Made by a program: the position numbers and the translations under genes
In this document: positions 37,460 to 46,825 of the stretch, piece by piece
Layout: every line of letters begins with the position of its first letter
How positions within the stretch are numbered: the stretch's first letter is position 1
Notes under the pieces: model-generated
Database searches by the model: none
What the model saw: the letters and a program-made list of their open reading frames with translations, nothing else
Told to the model about the DNA's origin: nothing
Assembly: GCA_963678315.1 (NCBI GenBank)
Contig: OY782781.1
Span: forward strand, 224,001-288,000
DNA from: Candidatus Cloacimonadales bacterium
GTDB lineage: Bacteria; Cloacimonadota; Cloacimonadia; Cloacimonadales; JAFGVF01
DNA length: 64,000 nucleotides
Direction of reading: 5' to 3'

Positions 37460-38881
37460 TTACTTTAGTTGTCCAGCGATAACGATTGGTTGGTCTGCTA
37501 CATATTTATCGCCACCATCACGAACAGTAACTTCTACCTGGCAAATATATACACCTAAATCAAGCTTTTCATTATGATTATCTCGACCATTCCATTCAAA
37601 TTCATCTAAACCAGAGATAATTTTATTCACAGGAGTATGAACTAATCTTCCTTGAATATCATAAATTCTTACAATAGCTCTACAGGAAACACCTGGTTTA
37701 AAACCATATTTGATGGTTAATTTTTCATGGTAGTCAGGATTTATAATATTCTTATTATTGTTTTGATTCTTGATAGATAAATATGCATCTTTCTTAGTGT
37801 ATGAGTAGTTATAAGAAACAGTAGGAAGTGATGTAGCATTGAATTCATTTCCATCAGTATCAATTGAAGTGAAAGAGTCTATATCAATACTAGTAATACC
37901 ATATTCATCTAAATCAAAGACCATAGAAACGAGAACAGGGTCGATTACTTCAGATTGTACATTGATATCTTCAATCATTACCATTATTTCGTTGGAGTTG
38001 TCTTCAACAAAAGCATAGTTTACTTGACCATCTTCAGAAATAGTTCCATCAGCTTTAAGCATATCAAAAGTAATAAGATCATCTGTGTAGTTGAATACGA
38101 ATTCAATAGTTGATAAATTCCAGCTTGGCTTAATTCTGTTAGCTTTAACATCAACATATAACTTCTTTCCAGCTACTGTATAAGATGTACTTACAGCCAT
38201 AGTAGCAAGAGTACTGTTTAGGAAATCATCATTATCCCTTGGGTTCAATTCAAACTCATCATTTGCATAGAAGACAAGACCTGAAACTTTAGCCCAATCT
38301 TGATCTACAAGAGGACTAGGATCCAAAGTATAGAAACTATTATCTATTGGGAAATCATTACTTCCATTAGAAATTAGCCATTGACCATTATCGTTAGGAG
38401 TTTCAGAACAGATAACATTTTCAAATGCAACTAAGCCAGATTCAAACTTTTCAGCGTTTTCATTATTAGACATCTCTTCTAAAGTTTTAATTCTAGGGAT
38501 TGGTAGAGTATATGGACCTGCATTAACTATTGAAATATTAGCATTAGGGATTGCAGTAACTCCATCAATTTCTTCAACTGTACCAGTGACATTGACTAAT
38601 GCACCAATTCCAGCAGTAGTTGTTGTATTTGGAAGATAAAGTCCATTCCATTCATTAAATGTAGATTCTAAAGTGAATATAAATACATTATCATCAGAAC
38701 CATTAAATCCTTTAGCACCAATAACCACATTATTAACTGTTACCTCTTCTCCAACATGTAATGATGGGTATGTGTTATCAGAACCTGGTTCAGTAGTCTC
38801 TTGAATTTGTCTAATAGTTAATCCAAACATGGCTTGAATTAGTGTAAAACAAAGAACTATTAGTATAATTTTCTTTGGCAT
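37460..38881 (-). CDS. Secreted protein with OB-fold-like and cohesin-like domains and a FlgD-Ig C-terminal sorting-like domain
   Basis: Signal peptide; TIRQIQ...G..V.VTG.V.E; E.FESGLV; C-terminal IYDIQGRLV...WNGRD...GVYI. Confidence 0.7.
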   Translation of the reverse strand: MPKKIILIVLCFTLIQAMFGLTIRQIQETTEPGSDNTYPSLHVGEEVTVNNVVIGAKGFNGSDDNVFIFTLESTFNEWNGLYLPNTTTTAGIGALVNVTGTVEEIDGVTAIPNANISIVNAGPYTLPIPRIKTLEEMSNNENAEKFESGLVAFENVICSETPNDNGQWLISNGSNDFPIDNSFYTLDPSPLVDQDWAKVSGLVFYANDEFELNPRDNDDFLNSTLATMAVSTSYTVAGKKLYVDVKANRIKPSWNLSTIEFVFNYTDDLITFDMLKADGTISEDGQVNYAFVEDNSNEIMVMIEDINVQSEVIDPVLVSMVFDLDEYGITSIDIDSFTSIDTDGNEFNATSLPTVSYNYSYTKKDAYLSIKNQNNNKNIINPDYHEKLTIKYGFKPGVSCRAIVRIYDIQGRLVHTPVNKIISGLDEFEWNGRDNHNEKLDLGVYICQVEVTVRDGGDKYVADQPIVIAGQLK

Positions 38882-39396
38882 TATGCCTCCTCAAGGGATT
38901 TTTTTCGTTTATTTTCCAGTATTATTGCATCATAAGCAAACAATACCATTCCAACTACTATAGCTGAATCAGCTATATTAAAAGTAGGCCATCTATCAAA
39001 AGCATAGAACAAACCCCATTCAGATGGGATTCTTGGGTACAAGCTATCAATAAAGTCAGTAACTTTACCAAATAGAATTCTATCAACTAGATTACCAATA
39101 GCACCACCAATAATTAAGCTATAGTAGGTTAATTGAATTTTATAGTTAGATTTCTTCATCAACATGACTAAAATACCTATAACAACTATTGTTAGAGCAA
39201 TAAATATATATTGTGAATAACTTCCTAATGATAAACTAAAAGCAGCTCCATCATTCTCACAATGATATAGTCTTAAATATTTTCCAACAAGTTCATAAGG
39301 CTTATGTAGTTCAAGTTTTGATCTTACCAAGTATTTACTTATCTGGTCTAGCAGAATTACCAGACCAGATAAAATTAGATATTTAAAGTTCTTCAT
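38881..39396 (-). CDS. lspA: Lipoprotein signal peptidase II
   Basis: DQISK, N.GAAFS, GGAIGNLVDR, VTDFI, FNIAD. Confidence 0.95.
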   Translation of the reverse strand: MKNFKYLILSGLVILLDQISKYLVRSKLELHKPYELVGKYLRLYHCENDGAAFSLSLGSYSQYIFIALTIVVIGILVMLMKKSNYKIQLTYYSLIIGGAIGNLVDRILFGKVTDFIDSLYPRIPSEWGLFYAFDRWPTFNIADSAIVVGMVLFAYDAIILENKRKKSLEEA

Positions 39397-39809
39397 TATT
39401 TCTTTTTATTTTTACTCCTACTCTTACTTTTAACATCTTCTGCAGAACGACATTCTATGCAAAAGGCAGCGTAAGGTATTATCTCTAATCTCTTAGGATT
39501 AATTCTCTTTCCACATATTTCACAGATACCGAAAGTACCTTCATAAATACGTTTTAGAGCAACATTGAGTGTCTTAATCTTTTCATGTTCTTTTTCTAGT
39601 AAAAGAACTTCATTTTCACGATAGTAAGTATCGGAACCGTGATCAGCTTGATGAATTGCATAAGCAGAAGCATCGCCTGAACTATCTCTTACACTCTCTT
39701 TTTGAGCTTCATTAATTTTTTGAATATAGTCAAGACTTTTCTGCTTTTCTTTCAATAATTTTTCTTCATAAAACTTTAATTCTTCTTTACTAAGTAATTT
39801 ATCTGACAT
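39396..39809 (-). CDS. TraR/DksA C4 zinc-finger protein
   Basis: ALKRI..GTFGICEICG..I...RLE.IPYA.FC.EC. Confidence 0.9.
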   Translation of the reverse strand: MSDKLLSKEELKFYEEKLLKEKQKSLDYIQKINEAQKESVRDSSGDASAYAIHQADHGSDTYYRENEVLLLEKEHEKIKTLNVALKRIYEGTFGICEICGKRINPKRLEIIPYAAFCIECRSAEDVKSKSRSKNKKK

Positions 39810-39841
39810 ATAAAATCCTCACTTATAGGATAAAATCCATT

Positions 39842-40666
39842 TTATTTTAATTTATTTCTTTTTAGGAATTCTGCAATTATTTTAGCAAGATTTTTTTTAG
39901 CAATATCTGCGTTCCTGCGTATCTCTTCTTGGCTATGTTCTTGTGCATGATAGAGATTCGAGTAATTAGTCACTACTGAGAAGGCTAGTACTTTTAAGCC
40001 TGAATGAATTGCTGTAATTACCTCTGGAACTGTTGACATCCCTACTACATCAGCTCCAATATTAGCAAAGTACTGGCATTCAGCTCTAGTTTCAAAACTT
40101 GGACCTGTAACAGCTATATAAACACCTTGACTAACATCAATATCTAACTCATCACAAATCTTATCTATCTGTTTCCTGTATTCAGAATGATAAGTATCAT
40201 GCAATGAAACAAATCTCTCACCAAGTTCTTCATAGTTTTTACCAATTAAGGGATTGGTGCCCATAAAGTTTATGTGGTCTTTTAACATGATAATAGAACC
40301 AGGAGTAAAGTCTTTTCTAAGACTTCCTGCTGCATTTGTTACTATCATAGAATGAACACCTAAGCTTTTTAAAACTCTAGTTGGAAAGACAACATCTTCC
40401 ATAGAGTAGCCTTCATAAAAGTGAAATCTACCTTGCAGAGCTACAATAGGAACCCCTTCAATATAGCCAAATACAAGATTTCCAGCATGACTAGGAGCAG
40501 TTGATACTACAAAGCCAGGAATCTCTCTATAAGGAATAACTATTTTATCTTCAAGGAAATCTGCAAAGTTACTTAAACCTGTTCCCAGAATAATTCCAAA
40601 CTCAGGCCTAGTTCCTATCTTATTTAATATATATTCTTTTGATTTATTTATCTTCGCTATTATCAT
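39842..40666 (-). CDS. punA: Purine-nucleoside phosphorylase (trimeric type)
   Basis: GIILGTG, QGRFHFYEG, TNAAG, GPSFET.AE, VGMSTVPE. Confidence 0.92.
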   Translation of the reverse strand: MIIAKINKSKEYILNKIGTRPEFGIILGTGLSNFADFLEDKIVIPYREIPGFVVSTAPSHAGNLVFGYIEGVPIVALQGRFHFYEGYSMEDVVFPTRVLKSLGVHSMIVTNAAGSLRKDFTPGSIIMLKDHINFMGTNPLIGKNYEELGERFVSLHDTYHSEYRKQIDKICDELDIDVSQGVYIAVTGPSFETRAECQYFANIGADVVGMSTVPEVITAIHSGLKVLAFSVVTNYSNLYHAQEHSQEEIRRNADIAKKNLAKIIAEFLKRNKLK

Positions 40667-41228
40667 TTTTATTCTCCAGCTCTTTTTTCTTAAGTTCAGC
40701 TTCTAACCTTTTCTTACGTTGTTCTTCCTCGAGAAGGTTTAATTGAACAATCATAGGTTCTTGTTCTAATCTTTCTAAATAAGTTTTGACATGACTAATA
40801 GTATTCTTTAAGAAAGCTCTTTTTTGTTCTTTTAATTGAAGATATTCAGTATCAAGCTTATTCAAATAATTACGGGCTTGATTAATAGTACTTTGAGCTC
40901 TTATCTCTGCATCACGAATGATATTTTCAGCTTCTTTACGAGCGTTTCTAATTATCTCATCTTTATTTCTTTCAGCAAAAACAATAGAATCATGAATAAT
41001 TTGTTCTCTTCTTCTCAAGGCTTCAACATTACTGCGTGCCTGATCTTCTCTATCTGCTAATTGATTTCTCTTTCTCTCATCATTAGCCTGCATTTCTTTA
41101 ACTTTTGAGCGTTCTTCTTCAATCTGAGTTGCTAAATTCTCTAAAAATTCTTGCACTTCTTTTTTGCTGTAACCAAAAGTCTTGGTTGTAAATTCTTTAT
41201 CTCTTATCTGATGAATTGATATTGCCAT
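40644..41228 (-). CDS. divIVA: DivIVA-domain protein
   Basis: I..KEF....FGY...EV.EFL followed by a long coiled coil. Confidence 0.85.
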   Translation of the reverse strand: MAISIHQIRDKEFTTKTFGYSKKEVQEFLENLATQIEEERSKVKEMQANDERKRNQLADREDQARSNVEALRRREQIIHDSIVFAERNKDEIIRNARKEAENIIRDAEIRAQSTINQARNYLNKLDTEYLQLKEQKRAFLKNTISHVKTYLERLEQEPMIVQLNLLEEEQRKKRLEAELKKKELENKNDNSEDK

Positions 41229-41245
41229 TTTACTTCCTTAGAATC

Positions 41246-41590
41246 TTAAAAAATAGAATTTTTAACTACTTCTGAACTTACGAAACTTATTGCCAAGCTA
41301 GTATATATCATGGAGATTATATACTTAATTACTCTGAATATGATTAATCCAAAAAAAGGGGTTATATCAATTCTAAAATAGTAATTTGCTGATTCAATCA
41401 TTTTACCGAATATTCTTCTTATCCATTTAAGATAAGGTTCAACTAAGACATCAACGAAAACAAGCTTATCAAGATACATTAAAATTGGTTTTCCATGAAG
41501 AAAATAATACATAAAACTCTTGAATACTGATATGATTATCATTAATTCATAGAGCCATATAACCCATAGTAATATATTAACTAGAATCAA
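41246..41590 (-). CDS. yggT: YggT-family membrane protein
   Basis: EPYL..IRR...ID.TP motif; position upstream of divIVA. Confidence 0.75.
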   Translation of the reverse strand: MILVNILLWVIWLYELMIIISVFKSFMYYFLHGKPILMYLDKLVFVDVLVEPYLKWIRRIFGKMIESANYYFRIDITPFFGLIIFRVIKYIISMIYTSLAISFVSSEVVKNSIF

Positions 41591-42147
41591 TCTAATACCT
41601 CATGACAATTTCTACATCTTGCTTCATAAATATCTTTTGAGCCGACCAAAATAGTATCACTATCTCTAACAAGTCTTTGAGTTCTAGTCGCCGGATTTCC
41701 ACATTTGACACATATTGCTGAGTTCTTAGTAACATATTCTGCAACAGCTAACAACTGAGGAATTGGACCAAAAGGTTTACCCTTATAATCCAAATCAAGT
41801 CCTGCTACAATAACTCTCTTACCTTGATCTGCTAGGTCATTGCATATATCTATAACCCTATCATCAAAGAACTGAACTTCATCTATAGCCACAACCTGAG
41901 TGTCAGGCCTAAGAAGGTCTAACATCTCAGATATATCGCCAATCTTTTCAGAAGGAGCTTTCATCATAGAATGAGATACAATATAGTCGTCTTCATAACG
42001 ATTATCTATTTTAGGTTTAAATATTTGAACTTTCTGTTTCGCATATTCAGCTCTTCGAATTCTTCTTATTAATTCTTCTGTTTTCCCGCTAAACATTCCA
42101 CCACAAATAACTTCAATCCAACCTGTTTTGTTGTGTATCACATTCAT
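41587..42147 (-). CDS. tdk: Thymidine kinase
   Basis: G.MFSGKTEELIRR, IDEVQF, AGLD, CVKCG, YEARCRNC. Confidence 0.96.
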   Translation of the reverse strand: MNVIHNKTGWIEVICGGMFSGKTEELIRRIRRAEYAKQKVQIFKPKIDNRYEDDYIVSHSMMKAPSEKIGDISEMLDLLRPDTQVVAIDEVQFFDDRVIDICNDLADQGKRVIVAGLDLDYKGKPFGPIPQLLAVAEYVTKNSAICVKCGNPATRTQRLVRDSDTILVGSKDIYEARCRNCHEVLD

Positions 42148-42181
42148 GATTATCTCCTAAAATCTATCTTAAATAAGTCAG

Positions 42182-44665
42182 CTATTTAACTACAATGCTA
42201 ACTAATTTCTTCTTAATAACTATTACTTTTTTTATTTCTTTACCTTCTGTAAACTTAACCACATTTTCCAATGCTATAGCTTGAGCTTTTACTTCCTCTT
42301 CAGATATATCAGCTGAAACTTCTAATTTACCCCTTAGTTTACCATTAACTTGAACAACATAAGTAATCTCGTCTTTTACTGTATATGCATGTACATACTC
42401 AGGAACTCCAGCTTCATGAACAAGACCTTCTTGTTTTATCATTGACCACACTTCTTCACTAACATGAGGAGCAAATGGGTAGATTAATCTAAACATAGTT
42501 GCATTAGCTTCAGCAAAAATGACTTTATCATTATCACTTAAGCTTTCTACATCTTTAATTGCAGAAACTAAGTTTAAATGCTCCATAATGGTAGCAATCG
42601 CAGTATTGAACTGAAGTCTTTCATTTATATCATCATGCCATTTTTTTATCATGTTATGAGTAGAAAGTCTAAGAGCTTTCATATCTTTTGAGATTTGCAT
42701 ATCAGCATTATATGGTTTATAGAAGTCTTTAATTAAGAGACCATACTTCTCAGCTTGACGGTAGATTCTATTCAAGAATCTAAATGCTCCCACAACACCT
42801 TCATCATGCCAATCAACATCTTTTTCTGGTGGTGAAGCAAAAAGCATAAATACACGTATTGCATCAGCTCCATATCTATCAATGTAAGGTTGAGGGTCTA
42901 CACCATTTCCTTTGGATTTAGACATTTTTGAGCCCATGTTGCATACCATACCTTGAGTTAGCAATCTTGCAAATGGTTCATCACTTTCAACCATCCCTAT
43001 ATCTCTCATGAATTTATGGAAGAATCTAGAGTAGATAAGATGCATACAAGCATGTTCAATACCACCAATATACTGATCTACTGGAAGCCACTTCTTTGCG
43101 TTCTCTGTATCAAAAGGAAGACTTTCATTCTTTGCATCAGTATATCTTGCATAATACCAAGAAGAATCAACAAATGTATCCATTGTATCAGTTTCTCTCT
43201 TAGCATCTCCCCCACATTTAGGGCATTTGCAATTAACCCATTCTTCTACTGATAGAAGTGGATTTTGTGTAGTTTTGCCTACTTGCACATTGTCCGGAAG
43301 TTTAACAGGTAAATCTTCATCTGGAACTAGAACAACTCCACATTTTTCACAATGTATAACTGGAATAGGGTTTCCCCAATATCTTTGTCTAGATACGCCC
43401 CAGTCTCTTAATCTATAAGTAGTTGTTTCACTACCCATCTTATTTTCATCAATCCATTTTGAGATTGCTTTCTTAGATTCTGCACTTGCCTTACCAGTGA
43501 AATCTTCTGAATTAACAAGAATTCCTGGTTCAACATAAGCTTGTTCCATTTCATCAAGAACTAAAGTCTTATCCTCATTTTGAATAACCAACTTCATTGG
43601 AATATCATATCTTTTAGCAAAATCAAAGTCTCTTTGGTCATGAGCAGGAACTGCCATAACAGCACCAGTACCATAATCCATAAGTACATAGTTAGTTATC
43701 CAGATTTGTACTCTATCTCCATTTACCGGATTAATACAGTATTTACCAGTGAAGTAGCCTTCTTTTGTTTGTTCAGAAGAACCCCTTTCTTTCTGATCTG
43801 CATTTATTACTTTATCACAGAATGCTTTCATTTCTGTGTTGTCAGGATTTTCTTTAATCAAGTTTCTTACATAATCATGTTCTGGTGGTAGAGCCATAAA
43901 GGTTACACCAAAGATAGTATCAGGTCTTGTTGTAAATACTTGAATGAGTTCCTTACTCTCTTCATCTACAAAATCAATGATAGTACCTGTAGATTTGCCA
44001 ATCCAGTTCTTCTGCATTGCAATAACCCTTTCTGGCCATTCAATCATTTTAGAGAAGTCAAGTAACTCTTCTGCATAATCAGTAATCTTAAAGTACCATT
44101 GTTCCATCTCTTTTTGTCGAACAGTTGACCCATCTCTCCAGCATTTACCATCTTCTACCTGTTCATTTGCAAGAACAGTTTGGCATTGGTCACACCAGTT
44201 CACAAAAGATGTTTTTCTATATACTAAACCTTTTTCATATAGTCTTTTAAAAAGCCATTGACCCCAGCGATAATATTCTGGAGTACAGGTAGCAAGTTTT
44301 CTTTCCCAATCAAATCCAAAACCCATTGCAGTGAATTGGTCTTGCATAATCGCCATATTCTTTTCTGTAGCAAGTCTTGGGTGTGTATTGTGAGCAATAG
44401 CATAGTTTTCTGCAGGCATACCAAAAGCATCATAGCCCATAGGTTGCATGACATTATAACCTTGCATCATTTTGAATCTTGAAATTGCATCACCTATTGA
44501 ATAGTTTGAAACATGTCCCATATGAAGAACACCAGAAGGATAAGGAAACATAGACAGAACATAATAATTCTCTTTACCTTCTTCACTGTTTTCTGCATTG
44601 AATATTCTTTTTTCATTCCAAATTGTTTGCCATTTCTTTTCAAATACCTCAAATGGATATTCCAT
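42182..44665 (-). CDS. leuS: Leucine--tRNA ligase
   Basis: MFPYPSG.LHMGH, FTTRPDT, GTGAVMAVPAHDQRD, KMSKS. Confidence 0.97.
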   Translation of the reverse strand: MEYPFEVFEKKWQTIWNEKRIFNAENSEEGKENYYVLSMFPYPSGVLHMGHVSNYSIGDAISRFKMMQGYNVMQPMGYDAFGMPAENYAIAHNTHPRLATEKNMAIMQDQFTAMGFGFDWERKLATCTPEYYRWGQWLFKRLYEKGLVYRKTSFVNWCDQCQTVLANEQVEDGKCWRDGSTVRQKEMEQWYFKITDYAEELLDFSKMIEWPERVIAMQKNWIGKSTGTIIDFVDEESKELIQVFTTRPDTIFGVTFMALPPEHDYVRNLIKENPDNTEMKAFCDKVINADQKERGSSEQTKEGYFTGKYCINPVNGDRVQIWITNYVLMDYGTGAVMAVPAHDQRDFDFAKRYDIPMKLVIQNEDKTLVLDEMEQAYVEPGILVNSEDFTGKASAESKKAISKWIDENKMGSETTTYRLRDWGVSRQRYWGNPIPVIHCEKCGVVLVPDEDLPVKLPDNVQVGKTTQNPLLSVEEWVNCKCPKCGGDAKRETDTMDTFVDSSWYYARYTDAKNESLPFDTENAKKWLPVDQYIGGIEHACMHLIYSRFFHKFMRDIGMVESDEPFARLLTQGMVCNMGSKMSKSKGNGVDPQPYIDRYGADAIRVFMLFASPPEKDVDWHDEGVVGAFRFLNRIYRQAEKYGLLIKDFYKPYNADMQISKDMKALRLSTHNMIKKWHDDINERLQFNTAIATIMEHLNLVSAIKDVESLSDNDKVIFAEANATMFRLIYPFAPHVSEEVWSMIKQEGLVHEAGVPEYVHAYTVKDEITYVVQVNGKLRGKLEVSADISEEEVKAQAIALENVVKFTEGKEIKKVIVIKKKLVSIVVK

Positions 44666-44807
44666 AATATCTTCTCCTGTCTATATTTTTATCAGTTTAC
44701 TATAATTTAATTCTATTAAAATCAAGTCAATGATATTTTTTATAAACATTATTAAATTGTATTTTAGAGTAAAGTAAATTGCGAAAAGTCCCTTCAGTGT
44801 TGTGGTT

Positions 44808-44889
44808 ATCTTTGCGTAAGCATGAACTTTATTCAAGCTGTCGGTGGATGCTTACACTCCCTTTTCTGAGACGTTTTTCCAAACGTCTC
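44808..44889. repeat. Left half of the composite repeat (modules A+B), interrupted by IS1182
   Basis: Near-identical to 60249-60327. Confidence 0.9.
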
Positions 44890-46558
44890 AGACTGCTGAC
44901 AAAGTAGAAAAAAGGTGTTTACAGCCAATTTTAGTTTTCATCTGATAGTTGATAGATTTTTTAGTATTGGTGATGATATTGTTGCATAAGTTCACTATGG
45001 GAGACAATATACCCAAAATAATCAAAAAATTTGAGTATTTTTGTTAAAATAGAACCCTTTTTTAGCTTTTTATTGATTCTCTTAAAGTATTTAACTAATT
45101 TTACTAAATTTTGAGTACAAGCTGTCATTAGAGCTTGTTCTTTAACTTTTTCAAGTCCTCTATATCGTGCATATCGATATCCATGATTTTGTTTTGCATT
45201 AGCAAAACTCCTCTCAATTGTCTCTTTTCGGCGCTTATAAATTTGTTTACCACAGAATGTTAAACGATTCATATTTATCTGGTCTTTATATTTTTCCCAG
45301 ACATGCCGATTTAGTACTTTCCTCCTTGTTTTATTTGAAGTACATTTAGATAAATGAGGACAGTTTTTACAGTCTTCAGCATTTGATACGTATTCTTTGT
45401 AGCCCTCTCTTCTTGTTGTTTTGTAATGTAATAATTTGTTATTTGGACAAATATATTGGTCGTTGACTGAGTCAAATTTGAATTTATTCTTGCTGAAAAA
45501 TCCTTTTTTATGGCTACCTCTTTTGTACCCTATTACCCCCATTATTCCTTTTTCACATAAAAAACGACAATTATCTACAGTATTATACCCAGCATCTAAG
45601 CCTACAGCTATAACATTAAAATTAAACCTTTCAATCTGCCGAAGAAGACGAGATTTATATACCACTGCATCATTTATATTCCCAGGTGTTATAAATACAT
45701 CTGTTATAAAATTACATTTAGGATCCGTTGTCCTATGGTCTAAATAAAAGAAGCCTTGTGGTTTGCGGTCTCGTGCCATAAAACCACTGTCTGGATCTGT
45801 TGTGCTGGATTTAATTGTCTTGGTTTCTTCCTGTGGTTCCTTAGGAGGAAGTGGTTTTATATTGTGTTTTTTTCTGTCTTCTGCGACTGCTTCATCCAAA
45901 TCTTTAATATATTCTTTTGTAGTTCTTTTTACTACAATTTTTATGAACTTATTCTTATTCGCATTAGCTTTTATATGGGTTGAGTCTGTATATAAAATTT
46001 TCCCATTAACTAAACCATTTTCAATGCCTAACTTAACAATATTATCAAAAATCTCTTGAAATAAATCATTATTAGCAAATCGTCTTTTACGAGTTTTACT
46101 TATAATTGAATGGTGAGGAATTTTATCATTAAATCCGAACCCTAAAAACCATCTATATGCAAGATTAACTTGTATTTCTTTAAATATTTGACGTTCTGAT
46201 TTAATACCAAAGAGATAACCTATTAATATTATTTTAAAAAGAGTTATTGGATTAATAGCAGGTCTGCCAAAAGTCTCATTGTATGTGTCTTTCATTATAT
46301 CATAAACGAAAGAGAAATCTATATATTCATCAAAAAACCTAAGGATATGATCGTCTGGAACCTGTTCTTCTAAATTTACAAGCTCAAATTCGTATTGTTT
46401 TCTATATTCTTCTTTAATCATTTTACCACCTCTAATTATATGCCTATCATATAATAAGGAGTAATATTGTCAAGTCTATTTGTGCTTTTTCTGGGTTGTT
46501 TAGTACAGAAAAAACATACGAAAATCACACATTGATTACATGACTTTGTCAGCAGTCT
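44890..46558 (-). mobile_element. IS1182-family insertion sequence, 1669 bp, flanked by a 22-bp duplicated hairpin target
   Basis: Perfect 16-bp IRs AGACTGCTGACAAAGT (44890-44905) and ACTTTGTCAGCAGTCT (46543-46558). GAGACGTTTTTCCAAACGTCTC occurs at 44868-44889 and 46559-46580. Confidence 0.95.
44961..46421 (-). CDS. IS1182-family DDE transposase
   Basis: GRP..NP, GI.SER, NLAYRWFLG, DSTHIKANA, STTDPDSG, DAGY, IERSFA.AK..HG.RY. Confidence 0.93.
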   Translation of the reverse strand: MIKEEYRKQYEFELVNLEEQVPDDHILRFFDEYIDFSFVYDIMKDTYNETFGRPAINPITLFKIILIGYLFGIKSERQIFKEIQVNLAYRWFLGFGFNDKIPHHSIISKTRKRRFANNDLFQEIFDNIVKLGIENGLVNGKILYTDSTHIKANANKNKFIKIVVKRTTKEYIKDLDEAVAEDRKKHNIKPLPPKEPQEETKTIKSSTTDPDSGFMARDRKPQGFFYLDHRTTDPKCNFITDVFITPGNINDAVVYKSRLLRQIERFNFNVIAVGLDAGYNTVDNCRFLCEKGIMGVIGYKRGSHKKGFFSKNKFKFDSVNDQYICPNNKLLHYKTTRREGYKEYVSNAEDCKNCPHLSKCTSNKTRRKVLNRHVWEKYKDQINMNRLTFCGKQIYKRRKETIERSFANAKQNHGYRYARYRGLEKVKEQALMTACTQNLVKLVKYFKRINKKLKKGSILTKILKFFDYFGYIVSHSELMQQYHHQY

Positions 46559-46724
46559 GAGACGTTTTTCCAAACGTCTCTACAAATTCACTTATCACTA
46601 CGTTCTAAGTGAAGCCAGCTATCCGGCAGTAGCCGGACTAAAGGCAAAGCGTTCCCAGTAACTCCTTCCTTAAGGGTCTCATTGAAAAATTGGCGTTTTT
46701 TCAAAGAGGCAAGTAAGGATCAAG
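46559..46724. repeat. Right half of the composite repeat (B, linker hairpin, C, D)
   Basis: Matches 60306-60466 and 14049-14173. Confidence 0.9.
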
Positions 46725-46825
46725 TATGTTACGATGTTGCACGAATTAGATTTTATTTAAGTATTTTGAAAAAAATTATTTACAGCAAAGCAAGATAGTT
46801 TATAATTGTCAATAAAGGAGCATAA

